From Camelus ferus (Eukaryota), in assembly GCF_009834535.1 (NCBI RefSeq), contig NC_045707.1, forward strand, positions 6,200,001 to 6,264,000: 64,000 nt of DNA. The letters are read 5' to 3'. The first letter of the stretch is position 1. Each line of letters begins with the position of its first letter. Made by a program: the position numbers and the translations under genes. This document shows, piece by piece, positions 48,550 to 62,799 of this stretch. The notes beneath the pieces were generated by a model that was not told where the DNA came from, did not search any database, and saw nothing but the letters and a program-made list of their open reading frames with translations.

Positions 48550-49290
48550 GCACATGGATTTATTGACACCGTAAAAGATTTTTTGTTACGATTTTTACAC
48601 ATCAGGAAAAATGGAAAATAGTGCAAAAAATAGCCGTATGTTACCATGTAGAGTCAACAGTTGTCAACATTTTGCCTGATTTGCTTCATCTATTTTTAAT
48701 TTTTTTATTTTTCTGGATCATTTCAGAACAGATTAAAGGCATTGTGACACCTCATTCCTAAAAACTTCGACATTCACCTCTTAGAATAAGTCAGTTAGTT
48801 ATAGGCTATAATGTCATTATCTTATCTGAGAAAAATAACAGGGCTTTGCTTATTTCCCAGATCACATTCTTAATTTCCCCACTTTTCCCAAAAATGTCGT
48901 TGGTAGCTATCTCTTTACAAATCAGGATCTCATAAAAAAGGTTACACACTGCATTGATTTTACTTTTTTAGTTTCTCTAAATCTAAAACAGCCCCTCCCC
49001 ACCCCACTCCCCACACCATTTTCCCCTGTGACATTGACTTTTTGAAGAGATCAGGCCCGTTTCTTGAGGAATGTCCGCATTCTGAATGTAACTGATTATT
49101 CTTTTATTTCCTGAATTCCCCCTAAACTGGAAGTAAGGTCTCAGCTTTCTCAGATTCAGATTAAACGTTTTTTGACGAGAATTCTTCATAGGTGATGCTG
49201 TCCCATCAGGAGGCACGAGTGGTGGGCTCGCTGTTGTTGATGCCAGGTTTGGTCTCTGGGTTAAGGTGGTGGTAAACACATCCCTGTAGT
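48550..49290 (-). mobile_element. Old LINE-1 (L1MC/ME-type) fragment
   Basis: caacagttgtcaacattttgcc...aaatcaggatc...cacactgcattgattt...cattgactttttgaagagatcaggcc. Confidence 0.7.
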
Positions 49291-50241
49291 GTAAATGTAC
49301 ATTGTTTTTCCTTTCCTTTGTGGTGATAAATCCCTGTAAGTTAACCTGCTGAAATAAAGGGTTTGTACATCTATAAAAACCAGAACACTTTTGGTCATGT
49401 TGTCAAAATGCCACTAAGTGATCCTGCTACATCTGCTACACTGCATCAGCCTGCTTTTCTGCACTGATTTGCCTTGTTCATTCTTTTTTTTTCTGATTAC
49501 AAAAGAAACTCACATGTATCATGCAAATTTAAAAGTTGCAGAAATACTTAGCCTAGAAAGTAAAAGTGCCCACGATTCTAATTTCTAGAGATAATTGCTG
49601 TTAACAGTTTAGGCATATCATTTTGATTTTTTTCTAAACATATTTACATTTGTTAAATTCTGTTATACAGAAATGGGCCCACGCTATAGTACTGTTTTGC
49701 TGCTACTTATTTTCACTGAATGTATCGTGAAATTTTTTTCCCCTGCCAATAAAGTTTACTTCTTTTTTAAATTATGGTAAAAAATATATAACAAAGAATT
49801 TGACATTTTAGCCGTGTTTGACTGTTCAATTCAGTGGCATTAGTTACATTCACAGTCTTGTGGGACTACCACCATTATCTTATTCTTTTCAAACAGCTGT
49901 GGAATGGCATTCCTTCATGGATGAACCAGAATTTATTCAAATCAGTGCCCTATTTTTGGACAATTGGTTTGTTCTTTTAAAAACAGTGCTGTAAAGAGCG
50001 TCCTTGCCAGTCTCAGTGCTCATTTATGAGAGTATTTTTATAAGAGAGCTTCCTGGAAGAGGGAAAGCTGGTCAAGAGGTACAAACATTTTACATTTTGA
50101 TAGGTATTGCCTAATTGTCTTTCAGAAATGTTCAACCTGTTTACATTCTAACCAAAAGCATCTGAGACTGGTTAATTACTGATTCATCTTGTTAACTCCT
50201 GTCACAGTTAACTGAACTTGCTGTGTATTTAATCTTGCTCA

Positions 50242-50342
50242 AGGTGGGTAGCTATGGCTCAGTGGTAGAGGGCATGCTCAGCATGCATGAGGTCCTGGGT
50301 TCAATCCCCAGTACTTCCATTAAAAAATAAATAAAAACCTAA
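50242..50342 (+). mobile_element. tRNA-Ala-derived SINE with truncated long tail
   Basis: SINE body; perfect 13-nt TSD ttaatcttgctca (50229-50241, 50343-50355). Confidence 0.92.
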
Positions 50343-53089
50343 TTAATCTTGCTCAGTAAGGAAGAACTGGTTGTTAAAGTAAAAGCAATGTTCATTGGTT
50401 TAATTAACTGATGTTTATGTAGCACCTGTTGTGTATCAGACCTGCTCTTCGGCATGGGGAATTTTATCATGAATAAACAGACACAGTCCCTCCCTTAGTG
50501 GATCTTACAGACTAGTGGAGAGAGAGATCATCTCACAAAGGAATGTCAAGAAATAGTAAATGGGCATATATAATAGGAGGCTCTGCTTGGGCTAGGAGTC
50601 CAAGGAGTCCCTGAGAAAGTGAAATTAATTTGGAACTTGAAAGATGAATGGGAATTACCTAGACAAAAGGCACATCGTGGGTGGGGGTGGGCAGAGAACA
50701 TTCTAAGCAGACAAAACAGTATGTGCAAATGCCCAGTGGAAGATCCCTTTAGCTTTTGTACTGGCTAAGGACTTTCAGCATGTTTGGTGCCTTGGAAGAA
50801 AGTAAATTCTGAATTATTCAGAAACCAAATAGATGAGATCCCACTGCCAGGACCCCATAAGCAGAAGGGGTTTCAGAGGGGTGGGAGGCTTTCCAAGGCA
50901 AATTCTAATAAATTGCAGGTAGTCTGAAGGAGAGACAGAAGAGATGCACCTGCAGACCTCAGCTTAGATTTTTAGAATGTCTTGGCCAAAGTTGGAAGGA
51001 GGGCAAGTAACTAAGGAGAAATACTACAGCAGCTGGAATACATCAGAAGGGGTCAGGAATGTCAAGGATCCAGATGAGCTAAGAGTTCTGAAAAATGCTA
51101 ATCAACCAAGAGCTGTGTTTGCAGTAAGCAAAATAAGAAGAGGCATGCCCCTTCTGCCAGATTCTAGAAAAGGAACACAACTTCATTACATCTAATTTTG
51201 TGTGTTGGCTCCATGAAGGAAAATAAGATACTGAGTACATACTATATGAACAGGCTCTGTGCCAAGCGCTTAAAGTAGATTATTTCATTTGATATTAACA
51301 TTATGAAGTTTATCTCCATTTTCTCTTTGGGGAAGTTGAGGCTTGGGGAGGCTAAGTAACTTGTCTAGGGCTACAGCAGGTTAGTTGTGTTACTGGGTTT
51401 GGGCAGTCTGGCTACAGGTCTTCGGGCTGAACCATCACATCATGCTGCCTTCAAATGGGAAAGGATGTAAGAGGGTCACAGAATCCAGGGGAATTGGCTC
51501 ATCTGAGAAAGAGACAGACCTGCACTTGTGTCCTGGATTCGGTCTTTACCACGTGGAAGACTTCTGCTTACTTAACCTCTCTGATCTTCAGTTCCCACGT
51601 CTGTTGGGAGTAATGATTACCTTGCACCGTTACGGGAATTCAAAATTAGGCACAGAGCAAGTGCATAATAAGTAATGGCTGTTTTAATTTTTATTCCAAG
51701 AGGGTGACACCCATAGCCTGGTCTTCATTTTACATGTGAGATATATGTGGTCTATGAATGAGTGATACATGGTGTCCTCGCCCTAGAATTCAGTTTTTGG
51801 GGTAAGCATGTTAGTGTGGTCAGCCTCTTCAGAGTTATTTATATGTGACATTTCGTGCACTTTAAACCTCTCATGGTTCTGCTCTGAAGCAGGCAGCAGG
51901 CTGAGATTTCACTCTTTGCAAGTGTGAAGAACTGAAGGCTGGAGGAACAGAGTGAATTGTTGAAGGTCTCACGGCCAAGCTAACATCTTTTTACATCTTT
52001 GTTGGGATTAGTGGATGAGTGAAACGGGGAGTGAGCATTGATTTCTGTGGGGTGTTTGACAGGTCAGTCAGGCCATCCCTGACAATGAAACAGAAGTGGT
52101 GTCTTAGTGACATTTCAGTCTGGTGGTTATTGTTGTGGCTTAAAGACCTGGACCCGGAGAGTGTTGCTAAATAGGTCACTTTTGGCCTGACCAAATGTCC
52201 ACCCTGGGGAGCCTGTCCTGGGAAGGCTCACATTTATACTGAGACTTGGATGAATAGCCCGAGAATCGTGCTTACTGTGTGTGTGGCTGACACACACTGG
52301 AAGGGCCAGCCTGTCAGGGCCTGGGGTGACTGACCAGGACCCCTATAGACCATAGGCGGCTGGAGGTGGACAGAAACTGACACTGAAATTAAATCAAGAT
52401 TAAGGTAGTGCTCTGCACAGAAAACCAAGTCCACAAGTACAGTGTGGCTTGAGAGCAGTCGATGAGGAATTTGGCTGTTAAGGTGTGAGGATGTCTGGAG
52501 GTGGTGTGTGTGTCAGCAGTGAGGTGGGCTGTCGTGGCTTAGCAAAGGAGGTGGCAGTCCCTTTGCTCTCTGGGCTATCGCAGAGTTTAGGAAGATGCCA
52601 TGTGAAGGATAGTTGAAAAACTCGGGGCTGCCCTTGGCCTAGAGAAGAAATTTAGAGAGGGCTGTCTTCAAATAGTTGAGGGACCCCTACCCTCAACTGA
52701 GTCATTGACCTGGATAGGGTTTAGGATTATGTATTTTTAACAGACTCAGGAGACTGTTGCATCTGAGGGCTGGGAACCAGTGTCCTGAGCAAGAGAGATT
52801 GGGCAGACCCCTGACTGAAAAGCCGACTGTGCAAGGAAACAGTTTAGCTGAATGTGAGAAAGAATAGCTTGAAATTTTTCAGAAGTGGGCACATGGAATG
52901 ATGAACTCCTGGTGTAGAGAGGGGTCCAAATTTTGAAATATATAAATTTTTTTTTAGAAAAAGTGATTTCATGAACATTCAGGTTGTTCAGGCTTCCCAA
53001 AAATTCTCTTTCCATCTTTATTAATGTATAAATCTGAGCCGTCCCATGTGGAAACTTAACTATAAATTAATTAAAATTGAATAGCATTA

Positions 53090-53185
53090 AATATTCCACT
53101 CCTCAGTCACACTCAGCACACTTCGAGTGCTCCGTAGCCACATGTGGCTGGTGGCTGCTGTATTGGACAGTGAGGATCGAGAATA
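53090..53185. mobile_element. MER3/MER33-type DNA transposon fragment
   Basis: cagtcacactcagcacacttcgagtgctccgtagccacatgtggctggtggctgctgtattggacagtg. Confidence 0.7.
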
Positions 53186-54599
53186 TGTCCGTCGTTGCAG
53201 GAAGTCCTCCTGACGGTGCTGGCTGTTGTGAACAGATGTTTTCACAGAGTTGGGAAGCAGAGCAGTATCATGATTAGGGACTGAGCGTGTAGACGGTTCA
53301 TTTGTTAACACTGGAGCTTATCTCCGTTTGGAGGGGAGGCTAAGGGGGAGGGCCTGGGACAATAGCAGAAAGTGGGTGAGTCAGGCTGGATTTTGGTCAC
53401 TCTACGTGAGCCTCAGTTTCCTCCCTTGGAAAATAGGCTAATCATAGGAGCCACCCCACTGGGTGTCTGTGGGGATTGAACGGATGTGACGCACGCAGAG
53501 TGCTTAGCACAGTGCTCGCTTCATACTAGGCACTAATAAGTATTCTTCTCTTATCCGAAAGTTGTATTCTATATGAGCATTATTTTGTCCTTTTTTTTTT
53601 TTCCCCAGTCAGCATTATACTTAAATCTGTTTTTAAGAGTTGATATGTGCCTGTAGATTGCTTAATTGTCCCCTTGCCGTTGGGAATTCGGTGCTTCGCC
53701 TTTTGTCTGCACTGTAATTATGATCGCGGTCATTTATGTTGCCTGCTGGGCCAAACACTAGGTGTTGTTAGACTCATTTTTATTTCTAAGGAAACTGAGG
53801 CTTAGGGCAGTTAATTTACATAAAGTGAAGATCTATGTATAGATATCGGAAGGATGTCAAAGATATTTGATAAATGAAAAAAGCAAGTTGCAGAACAACT
53901 TGTATAGCTTCTTATTTGTGTGAAAAATACAGAGGGGGCTGAGTATGTGCACAGGGGTAATAACAGAAGCTGTGCCAGTGCTTCATGTCGTCTGCTAATC
54001 CTCACAGCAGCTCTGTGCGGAAATGAGTACTTAGGGTAAATTGTCCTGGATGACTCAGGTAGTAAGTGGGTGGCCTGCCAGATTCAAGCCCGGGTCTCCC
54101 CACTCCACCGCAGTGCCCCACGTTCCTCTCCACGCAGGCCGTTGCAGGACCTGTGGTTGGTGGGTTGTTCACCCCTGCCCAGCAAGGCAGATAGTGAGGA
54201 TCCCTTGGTGGATTTTGAGGTGGAGGGCAGGTGGATCTGAAGTCTGCATTGGGAGGTCACTCCTGCTGTGGTGAGTGGTGGTTGAGGGTGCTAGTTTCTA
54301 ATAGGGTCTGTTCTCCTGACTGTGTGACCTGGATAGGGAGTGGCAGCTGTGCACTGGTATTGGTTCAGATGCCGAGGTTGGCAGGATTTAGATTTAAATG
54401 TCCAGGTGACATATATATAGAAGGGAGCCTGGGGCAGTGGCTTTGCCTTTTCCCTTGCCCAAGGGTAAGACCTCCTAGCAGAGAACACCACTGTTCTTTC
54501 CCTCTGTCACTTCTTTGGGTTCATTTATTCTTCCCCTGGTCACAGTGTACCTGGTGAAGGTTGTCACCCATAGTTTAAAATTAACAGACCCCATCATAA

Positions 54600-55110
54600 C
54601 AATCATTTATCTGTTGCTGTATAACAGGTTGTTGCTGCCAAACTTAGAGGCTAAAACAATCAACATTTCTCGCTCATGGTTCCTGACGGCCAGGAATATG
54701 GGGATGTGTTTGTGGAGTGGTTCTGGCTCAGAGTCACTCAGGAAACTGCAGTCCAGATTGTCGGCCAGGGCTTGGACTATGGCTGAAGCACTTGCTTGTA
54801 AGACGGTGTGCTTACACACCTAGCAAGGTTGTACTGGTTTGGGGCAAGAGGCCTTAGGTCTCTGTAGGTGGGCCTCTCTCAGGACTGTTTAAATGTTTTA
54901 ACAGCAGTAGTGGCTGTCTTCCCCCAGAGCAATTAAAGGAAGAGAGAGCCAGGCATAAGCTGTCCTTTTTATGACCTAGTCTCAGGGGTCCCCTAGCATC
55001 ACTGAGCCATGTTCTGTCCACTAGAAGTAAGTCAGTAAGTCCGCTCCACATTCAAGGAGAGCAGGATTAGGCACCACCTTTTGAAGGGATGAAGAACCAT
55101 CCAGAGCACA
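54600..55110 (-). mobile_element. MaLR (MLT1-type) solo LTR
   Basis: ttatctgttgctgtataaca...caaacttagaggctaaaacaatc...tttttatgacctagtctcagg...tccacattcaaggagag...ccaccttttgaaggga. Confidence 0.8.
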
Positions 55111-55611
55111 TGTACCAGGTTTTCCTCATTAATTTTTTTACCTATTCAGCTGATATTTATTAAATCTCTAATATGTGCCAAGTAGTCCAGATACAGATAA
55201 ATAAGACAAATAAAACTTAATTCCAAGGCTCGAGGAACTTGCCGTACAGGTAGAGTAGCAGCTGCCGTGTGGGTAGTGCTTTATAGCTTAGCGAGGACGT
55301 CTGCACGTGTTCTCACTTAACCTTCCCAGTAACTGTGATCCCTGTAGCTGGTTGTATCCCCATTACCCATCTTTTCTTTATGGGGTATTTTCTTAAGTGG
55401 ACAGAACTTGGCTTTGATCCCAGCAAATCTGACTGTAAATCCCTTGAACTTTCTACAGGCTGTGTTCTTTGTGGCTACTGTATCATTCCTGGGCCTCAGG
55501 TGAGGAAACTGAGGCTGCAGTCACTGAATGGCTGTTAACATTTTAATTCCTTGCTTTTTTCACCACACTGTGACATCCCTCAGGGGTGGACCACCCTAAA
55601 TTGTCCACTGA

Positions 55612-55776
<165 letters not shown>

Positions 55777-55812
55777 TAAGGCTGCAGGATGAGCTGTGGA
55801 GACTGGGAAAAT

Positions 55813-55848
55813 GGTGCTACCGGTGCTACCGGTGCTGCCGGTGCTGCC
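55813..55848 (+). repeat. 9-bp tandem repeat, 4 copies
   Basis: ggtgctacc ggtgctacc ggtgctgcc ggtgctgcc. Confidence 0.95.
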
Positions 55849-56769
55849 TGCCCCTTTTGGGCATTGTAGGCTGCGCTTGGCAAAGGATGTTTGGTGGTGG
55901 TGGTGGTGGAATCAAGGCATTTAGGGTATAGTGATCCCTGCAGAGGAAGGGTGTTCCAGATCAGTGGTGGACCTTCTGCCCTCTCTGGCAGGGAGAAATC
56001 TGTTATCAAGAAGCCTGGAGATGTGGGACATAGGAAATATCTCAGGCACTCTTTGGTTCTGTGGCCTGAACCTTTTCCAGGAAGATGACTAACCCTAGGC
56101 AAGTCCTCTGGCATCTGCCAGGCCCAGTGGCTTCAGAAATATTTTCCTCTTTGGTGCATAAGCCCAGGGGAGAGCTCAGGTTGAGACCCAGAAGGAAATC
56201 TCAGGTGGAATCTTGAGCATATCTTTTTTCTGGGCCATTCTTTGCTCATTTGGTAAAACATCCGCCACCCTTGCACTGCTGTCCTGTGTGCCAGGTTCTG
56301 GGCTAGGTGCTGGCACAGGTGGGATGAATAAGACACCACAGGAGGATGAGGAGTGGGGGCTGGTAGTTCATACCAACCAGCCCTGCTCCTGGAACTTGAA
56401 CGACTGCAGACAGAGCTCTGTGCCTGCCCATCTGATCACGTGACCCTGGGAGCTCTAGAACAAGTGTGAATTCACAGTAGACCCATTTACAGCTGGGAAC
56501 AGGCTCAGGTGTACAGCAGCTTGCCCAGGGCCACAGTGAGTGAGTGATGGGACCTTGTCTCTGGGCCCTCGTCCAGTGCTCTGGCCACTGGCCCACACTT
56601 CTCTCTGTTGCCACTTTGCGTCCTCTTTACTGGTGTCTTGTCTTCACTTCAGTTGTAAGGGTAGGGGACTATCTCAGTCTTCACCTCTAGCAGTCTCCAG
56701 CATGGCATCACCTAGTTACAGTGAGGACCTCTTAATGTGCATTGAGGATGTTCATCTGATGCAGGTGGT

Positions 56770-57000
56770 CTAGGCCTTACTACTCAAAATGTGGCCTGTG
56801 GGTCAGCATCACTGTCATCAACAAGCAACATGGGGAGCTTGTTAGAAATGCAGAGCCTCAGGCCCCACCAAGGCCCACGGAGTCAGAATCTGCAGTGTAA
56901 CAGGAGCCCCAGGTGGCTGAAGTGCCCACCAGAACGTGAGAAGCACTGGCCAGTTTCCCAGCTGGTCCTAATATGTAGTGAGGGTTGAGACCACTGTCCC
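56770..57000. mobile_element. MER5-type DNA transposon
   Basis: ctactcaaaatgtggcctgtgggtcagca...gcttgttagaaatgcagagcctcaggcccc...gagtcagaatctgca...gagaagcactgg. Confidence 0.75.
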
Positions 57001-57424
57001 CATCACTGTAGGACCTTGTACAAATACTTTTCCCCCATAAAACACTGTTTTATTTATTCTTAGAATTCTCGGATCATAGCTCAGTGGAAAAATGATGGAT
57101 TTTTTTTAGTCTACAAAACACTCCCACCTGGCTCTTCATGCTTGGAAGGAGAATTGACATACAAGCTTACTTTGAGATAACTTGACATATGAGTATTAGT
57201 CACCATTTTGTCTTTGCTATAAAAAATTAATAAAAAAAAAACTTCCCTTTAACGTAATTCTTTTTGGTTTTAATTTTTACCAGTAAAATTAATCTTCCCC
57301 TAAAAGTTTTCCTTTGCCTTTTTATACCAACCTTGCATTAACTAGAAAAGTCCAATCGATAACTTTTCAGCATTTTCCAAATTAGTACAGACTAGGGATG
57401 TTCCATTTTCATTATTGTCATAGA

Positions 57425-57660
57425 GGAGTGGTTCTCATTGGGGGTGGACTGAGGGGTTGATTTTGGTCCCCCAGGGGAATTTAGCAATGTCTGGAGACAT
57501 TGTTGGTTGTTGTAACCTGGGGTTGGGTGGTAGTTTACTGTTGTCTATTGGGTAGAGGCCAAGAATACTGTCAGACATCCTGCAGTGCAGAATACAGCCC
57601 CCTCAGTAGGGAATCATCTGGCCCAAACCGTCAGTGGTGCCACGGTTGAGAAATCCTTCT
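57425..57660. mobile_element. MER20 DNA transposon
   Basis: gtggttctca...ttagcaatgtctggagacattgttggttgttgtaac...gggtagaggccaagaatactg...gtcagtggtgccacggttgagaaa. Confidence 0.85.
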
Positions 57661-58629
57661 GTAGAAAAAGAAAGCAGAAGTGAGGCTATACTAAAAATAT
57701 ACTAGTGGATTAAAATAGATGTACCAGTGTTTTAGAAGAGCGGGGGACATGTATCCTTCACCCTGTAACTGTGACGGAAGGGGCCTGATTCTGTTCCTGG
57801 GAACTGGGTCTTTTGTCATCCAGTGAAGTGGGGGGATGGATGGGACATGGAGGGCCCATTTTGCTGTTTTCCTCAGTTAATCCTCAAGGAAACGTGATGA
57901 TGAACTTGTCCTGAGGCGTTTGTCATTGTCAGGCTTTTTAATGCAAATTCAGACATTTGCTGTCTAGGTCTTTGGTTTTAAAGCCTTGCTATTTTTCGGC
58001 TCCCCTGGGACCCAGGAGGAGGGCCTATGCTCCGTGCAGTGAGTCACCGTCTATACACCAACCAGCCTGGAGACGCTGCTGCAAAAGGGGGCCAGGCTTG
58101 CGCTGTTTTTATTCAAGGTTCTCATGACAGCAGAACTGTAGAGATTTTCAGACTTGCCATTTGCTCTGCTGTTGCGCACAGAGCCAGCACCCTAGGGAAC
58201 ACTTGCTCTCAAGGGGTCAGGTAAACTTGGAAGTGAGGGGCTAGAACCCAGGCTGGCGGAAGGAAGTGTCTCTGCTTTCCCCGCAGAGTCATATTGGTAA
58301 TAGCAATAACAGTAATGATAATAATTGAACACTTACTGCAGGCTGGGCCATCTGAGTTTCCAGATGATGCTGAGAGACATACAGGGCAGGGAAAGAGCCT
58401 GAGCAGTGGAGCCACACTGCCTTCTCCTTGCATCCTAGCTCTGCCACTTGCTAGCCCGTGACCAGGGTCGGGTTGCTTCACCTAACTGTACTTCAGTTGG
58501 CTCATCTGTGTTGTGAGGGTAAAATAAGTTATATACATGAGTGCTCGGAGAAATGCTGAACTAAAAGTCAGTGCTGTGATAAACCTGTAGTACAGAAAGC
58601 GGATCAGTGGATGCGTGGGGGTGGGGACA

Positions 58630-58805
58630 GGAGGGAGGGGTTAAAAAGGGGAACGAGGAGACTGTTGGGGGCGATGGATGTGTTCATTATCCATCTATGG
58701 TGATGATTTGACCAGTGTATACATACGTCAAAACTTACCAAATTGTTGACTAAATATGTGCAGTTATTACACACGAATTATACCTCAGTAAAGCTGTTTA
58801 AAAGC
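58630..58805 (+). mobile_element. Old LINE-1 (L1MC-type) 3' end
   Basis: tgttcattatccatctatggtgatgatt...gtatacatacgtcaaaacttaccaaattg...ttatacctcagtaaagctgtt. Confidence 0.75.
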
Positions 58806-59874
58806 AATTAAGTGCTGTATAAGTGTTGTCTGTTCTCTATTCCAGTCCCAGCCCTACACTTTAGAGATGGATTGGTGAGGGCTCTGAGAAGGGCAGTGTT
58901 TTATCTGGTTACAGCGGGTTTAGTAATAAGGTCAGGTCTAAACCCAGAACCTCTGACTCCTAGTCTGATACTTTTCCATTGGCTTGTTGGGTGTGAATGG
59001 ATCTCCGCCTCTTCCCTGGAGGCCTCAGGTTTGGCCTAAGCTTTGAGAATGGTGGAAGACAGAGTGTGGGGTCTGGATAGAATGCATGCTGAGTGAGGGG
59101 GCGGCAGCAGAGAGTCAGAAGGGAGAGCCTTAAGGTTGAGGGGTTGAGAGTTGGCCTGCACGAAGCTCAGTCTGCAACGGGGAGCTGTGACGAGGAGGCA
59201 GTTGAGTCCTGGCAGGGCCTGCATCCCCCCAGGGGTCTGGCTTGGACTGCCATCTTGGCCCTGATGAGGACAGGAAGGGAGGGAAACGGTCTAGGAACAG
59301 GGTCTTATGAGAGGCCAGAGGCAGTTTCTGTTCTTGAGAGCTGACAGCCACACTCATCTTAATGGGATGAGAGCAAGTGGGACAAACTGGTAAGGCTTGA
59401 GCGTATTAAGGTAAGGAGGCCTCCAACACCTGAGGTGGAGGGTTGTGAGTGGAGGGCGGGGAAGACTGGGCGAGGGGGATGCTGGTGCGGATTCTCTGTG
59501 TCTTAGTGGGGCTGACTGCTCGGGGACATGGCCGTGGACAGAGAGAAGTAGCGGATCCAAGATGAGACTCTGGCTGTTAGAGACTCTGAGTCTCCATTAC
59601 CTCTTGTCATTTTATTAAATGACAGGGATACAGTAAGGATTAACTAACGAGATATACATGTAATAAGTGCTTATCAGATGATAGCAATTAATATTCTGGA
59701 AAAGCAAATATCCTTAAAAAAAAAAAAAGGCCTGTCACTTCTGTGGTGTTGCCATTCATCAAGTGATTTTGGACCTAGTGAGTGCCAGGCGCTGCGCCGT
59801 GTATGGGCGGTGCCGCAGTGAGCAGGACCAGGCCGTCTCCCCTCCCTGTCCAACAACAGGGTTGCCATGTGTAG

Positions 59875-60210
<336 letters not shown>

Positions 60211-61479
60211 TGAAGTGGGGTGGGGGATGGAGGAGGCCAGTGGGACATGAGATGAGAGGTGCAGCCCTTGAATTAGGACATTGCCCCAAATTCTAATGGG
60301 CTCTTTGGTTTAGTCTTTTTTTTCCGCCTCTCTCTTTTCTTTCCCCCCCTTTTCTCCCTCTCTTCTAACTCTGAAAATACCATTTGTTCACTGTGAACAT
60401 GTTAGAAAATACTGAGAAAGCCTAAAGAAAACAAAAATCATCCTTAATTTTACCACACTAAAGATATCTTCTCTGGTCCTTTGTCTGTCATGTAACACTG
60501 TTTTGTTAGAGAAATGATGCAGATATCAGGCTCCGATACATATTGCCAGTTGCTCTGGAGAGGGGACTGTAAAGTTCCCTTTCTGCCAGCATCACATGTG
60601 CACTCACTTGTGTGCTCTCCTGACCCCTGAGGACCCTGTCAGCAGGTAGGTGGGTGGTGTCGCTGTTGGTAAATTTGAAGCGTCTGAGGCATGTGCAGTC
60701 AAGTCCCACACCTGCGCGGGGCGAGGTTAGGGCCAGACCCCTATCCCCGCTCCCACTCAGTGCCCTCTCTGACTGCTTAACCTCCTTTGTGGGTTTTCCT
60801 CTTCTGTGGGTTTTGCTTAATGAGGTAGAAGGGGCCGGATGCCACACTGAAGTTGTTTCCTTTAATTCTCTTCACCCTTTCTTATGAAGCTGAATTCCTT
60901 CTCCTGCCTCCAGGCCCTGTTTGTGGTACCTTTGTGTGTGCCTACTCCTGGCAGCAGCAGGCCTCTCCCAGCTCTGGGCCTCCACCCTCTCCACCCCCCG
61001 CAGTGGAAGCAGGCACCGCTCTTGTGGGGCCTTTGGCAGGGGCTGAATGCTGGCAGGGCTGTGGCCCGGCCGGGCACAGAGCAGGGCATGCAATTGAAAG
61101 CGCTTTGGCTCCCGGGGTCAGCCCAGCTCAGAGAGCCTCTCAGACCCATGGGAAATGCTCAGGGCAGCTTTCCCATTCAAGTCCCTACTTCCCACCCTAG
61201 CCTGCTCGTTTGTGTCCTGGTGACACAGTGGCTCCACTCAGCTGAAGGAGCCCAGCCTGCTGGCCGGTGGTCTCCACGCTGGCAGCAGCGGTGCTGGGAG
61301 CTGGTAACATTACACGGCTCCTGTGGTGCTGGAAACTGGGTCCTCTTGAGCCCTAAGGCTGAATGACTGTCCACACGAGGGCCACTGCCTTCTCTGTCTA
61401 GTCCTCCCCTTTATGGATTTAAAGTCTACCTTCTGGAGATGAGATTCACAGAATCATAGGATTTTAGAGCTCATTCCCT

Positions 61480-62050
61480 CATTTATTTAACAAATGTTTA
61501 TTGAGCGTTATTTGTTTGCCAGACACTGTGCTAGTTGCCTGGGATTCAGTGTGAACACGACAGATGGGGGCTCTGCCTCCATGGGTCTCATCTAGTAGGG
61601 AGATAGAAGCTAAACGATCACACAGATTGGTAACTGCCAACTTGTAAATATATATATTATGAAGGGAGAGTATAGGACGCTGGAAGTATAAGAAAGGTGT
61701 CTAATTTAGACTTTGGAGGGGAAGGACAGACTCTGTGAGGATGTGACATGTAAGCTGAGACCTGAGAGATGAGTTAATGTTAACTGGAGGAAGGACATCC
61801 TAGACAGATCAGAGTACACAAAGGCCTTGGTGCCTTTGTGGAGTTGGAAGGCTTGTGAGGCTGCAGCTGTGAGGTGGGTGGGGCAGGCACAGGCAGGGCC
61901 TTGAGGACTGTGGGTGCTATCCTAGGAGTCGCTGAAGGGTGTGACAGGAGAGGGATGTGGCCAGATTACATTTATTTGTAAAGGATCCCTCTGGTTGGAG
62001 CTCAGAGAGGCAGAGTGACCTGTCCAGGGTCACACACACAACCAGAGAGG
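61480..62050 (-). mobile_element. LINE-2 fragment
   Basis: catttatttaacaaatgtttattgagcg...gccagacactgtgctag...gaggatgtgacatgtaagctgagacctga. Confidence 0.75.
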
Positions 62051-62799
62051 TATCTAGGCTGAGCTCAGGTCGAGGCTCTGCTACGTCGCTCTGTGGCTGC
62101 CCTGCTGCCTCTTCCCCCCACACGCATAGACACACAGCCACCTCCCTCCTGCCCTCGGTATCAGTTTTATAAGTGACTGATTTGTCCATGAGAAAACCAA
62201 TATATTATTCATTAGACAGACTGCCCTGGGGACCCAGGTTCTTTGTCTGCCATTCCTTCACTTGGGGGAACCACTTGGGCTCTCAGAAGGATGCATGGTT
62301 GGTCTGGAGTTTAAATGAAGAGGGTTGCATGGTTTTAAGGGTATTTTATTAAGGACCCAGTGGAGCCCACAGTGAGTCCCTCCTCTGCCTTGGAGCGCGG
62401 CTCTCCTGTGCCCAGAGGCTGGCAGGTCTCATGTCCTAGTGCCTCCTCTGGGACTCTGCAGTCCGCTGTGGTCCCAGCCCTTTTGCCCCTGAGGTCTCAC
62501 CTGTCCGGGGACATGCCATGTCTTCCAGATAAACTCTGGCTTCATGTCCATGTGCTGAGAAGCCTTCCCTTCCCCCTGAGGATGCTGCCCTTGAATTATA
62601 ATCAGAATGGGTACCACCCTGTTGTGTTGTTTTATTGAATAGTATGTTTCAGAATATGATTATTTGGAACAGTCCCATTTGGGGCCCATCAAACGTATTA
62701 CTAAGTGTTGAGCACCTACAACATGCCAGACAGTGGTCGAGATGTTCTGAGATACAGTCTCCATAAGGGAGGTAGCTCTGTTTTTATTAGAATTTGGCT

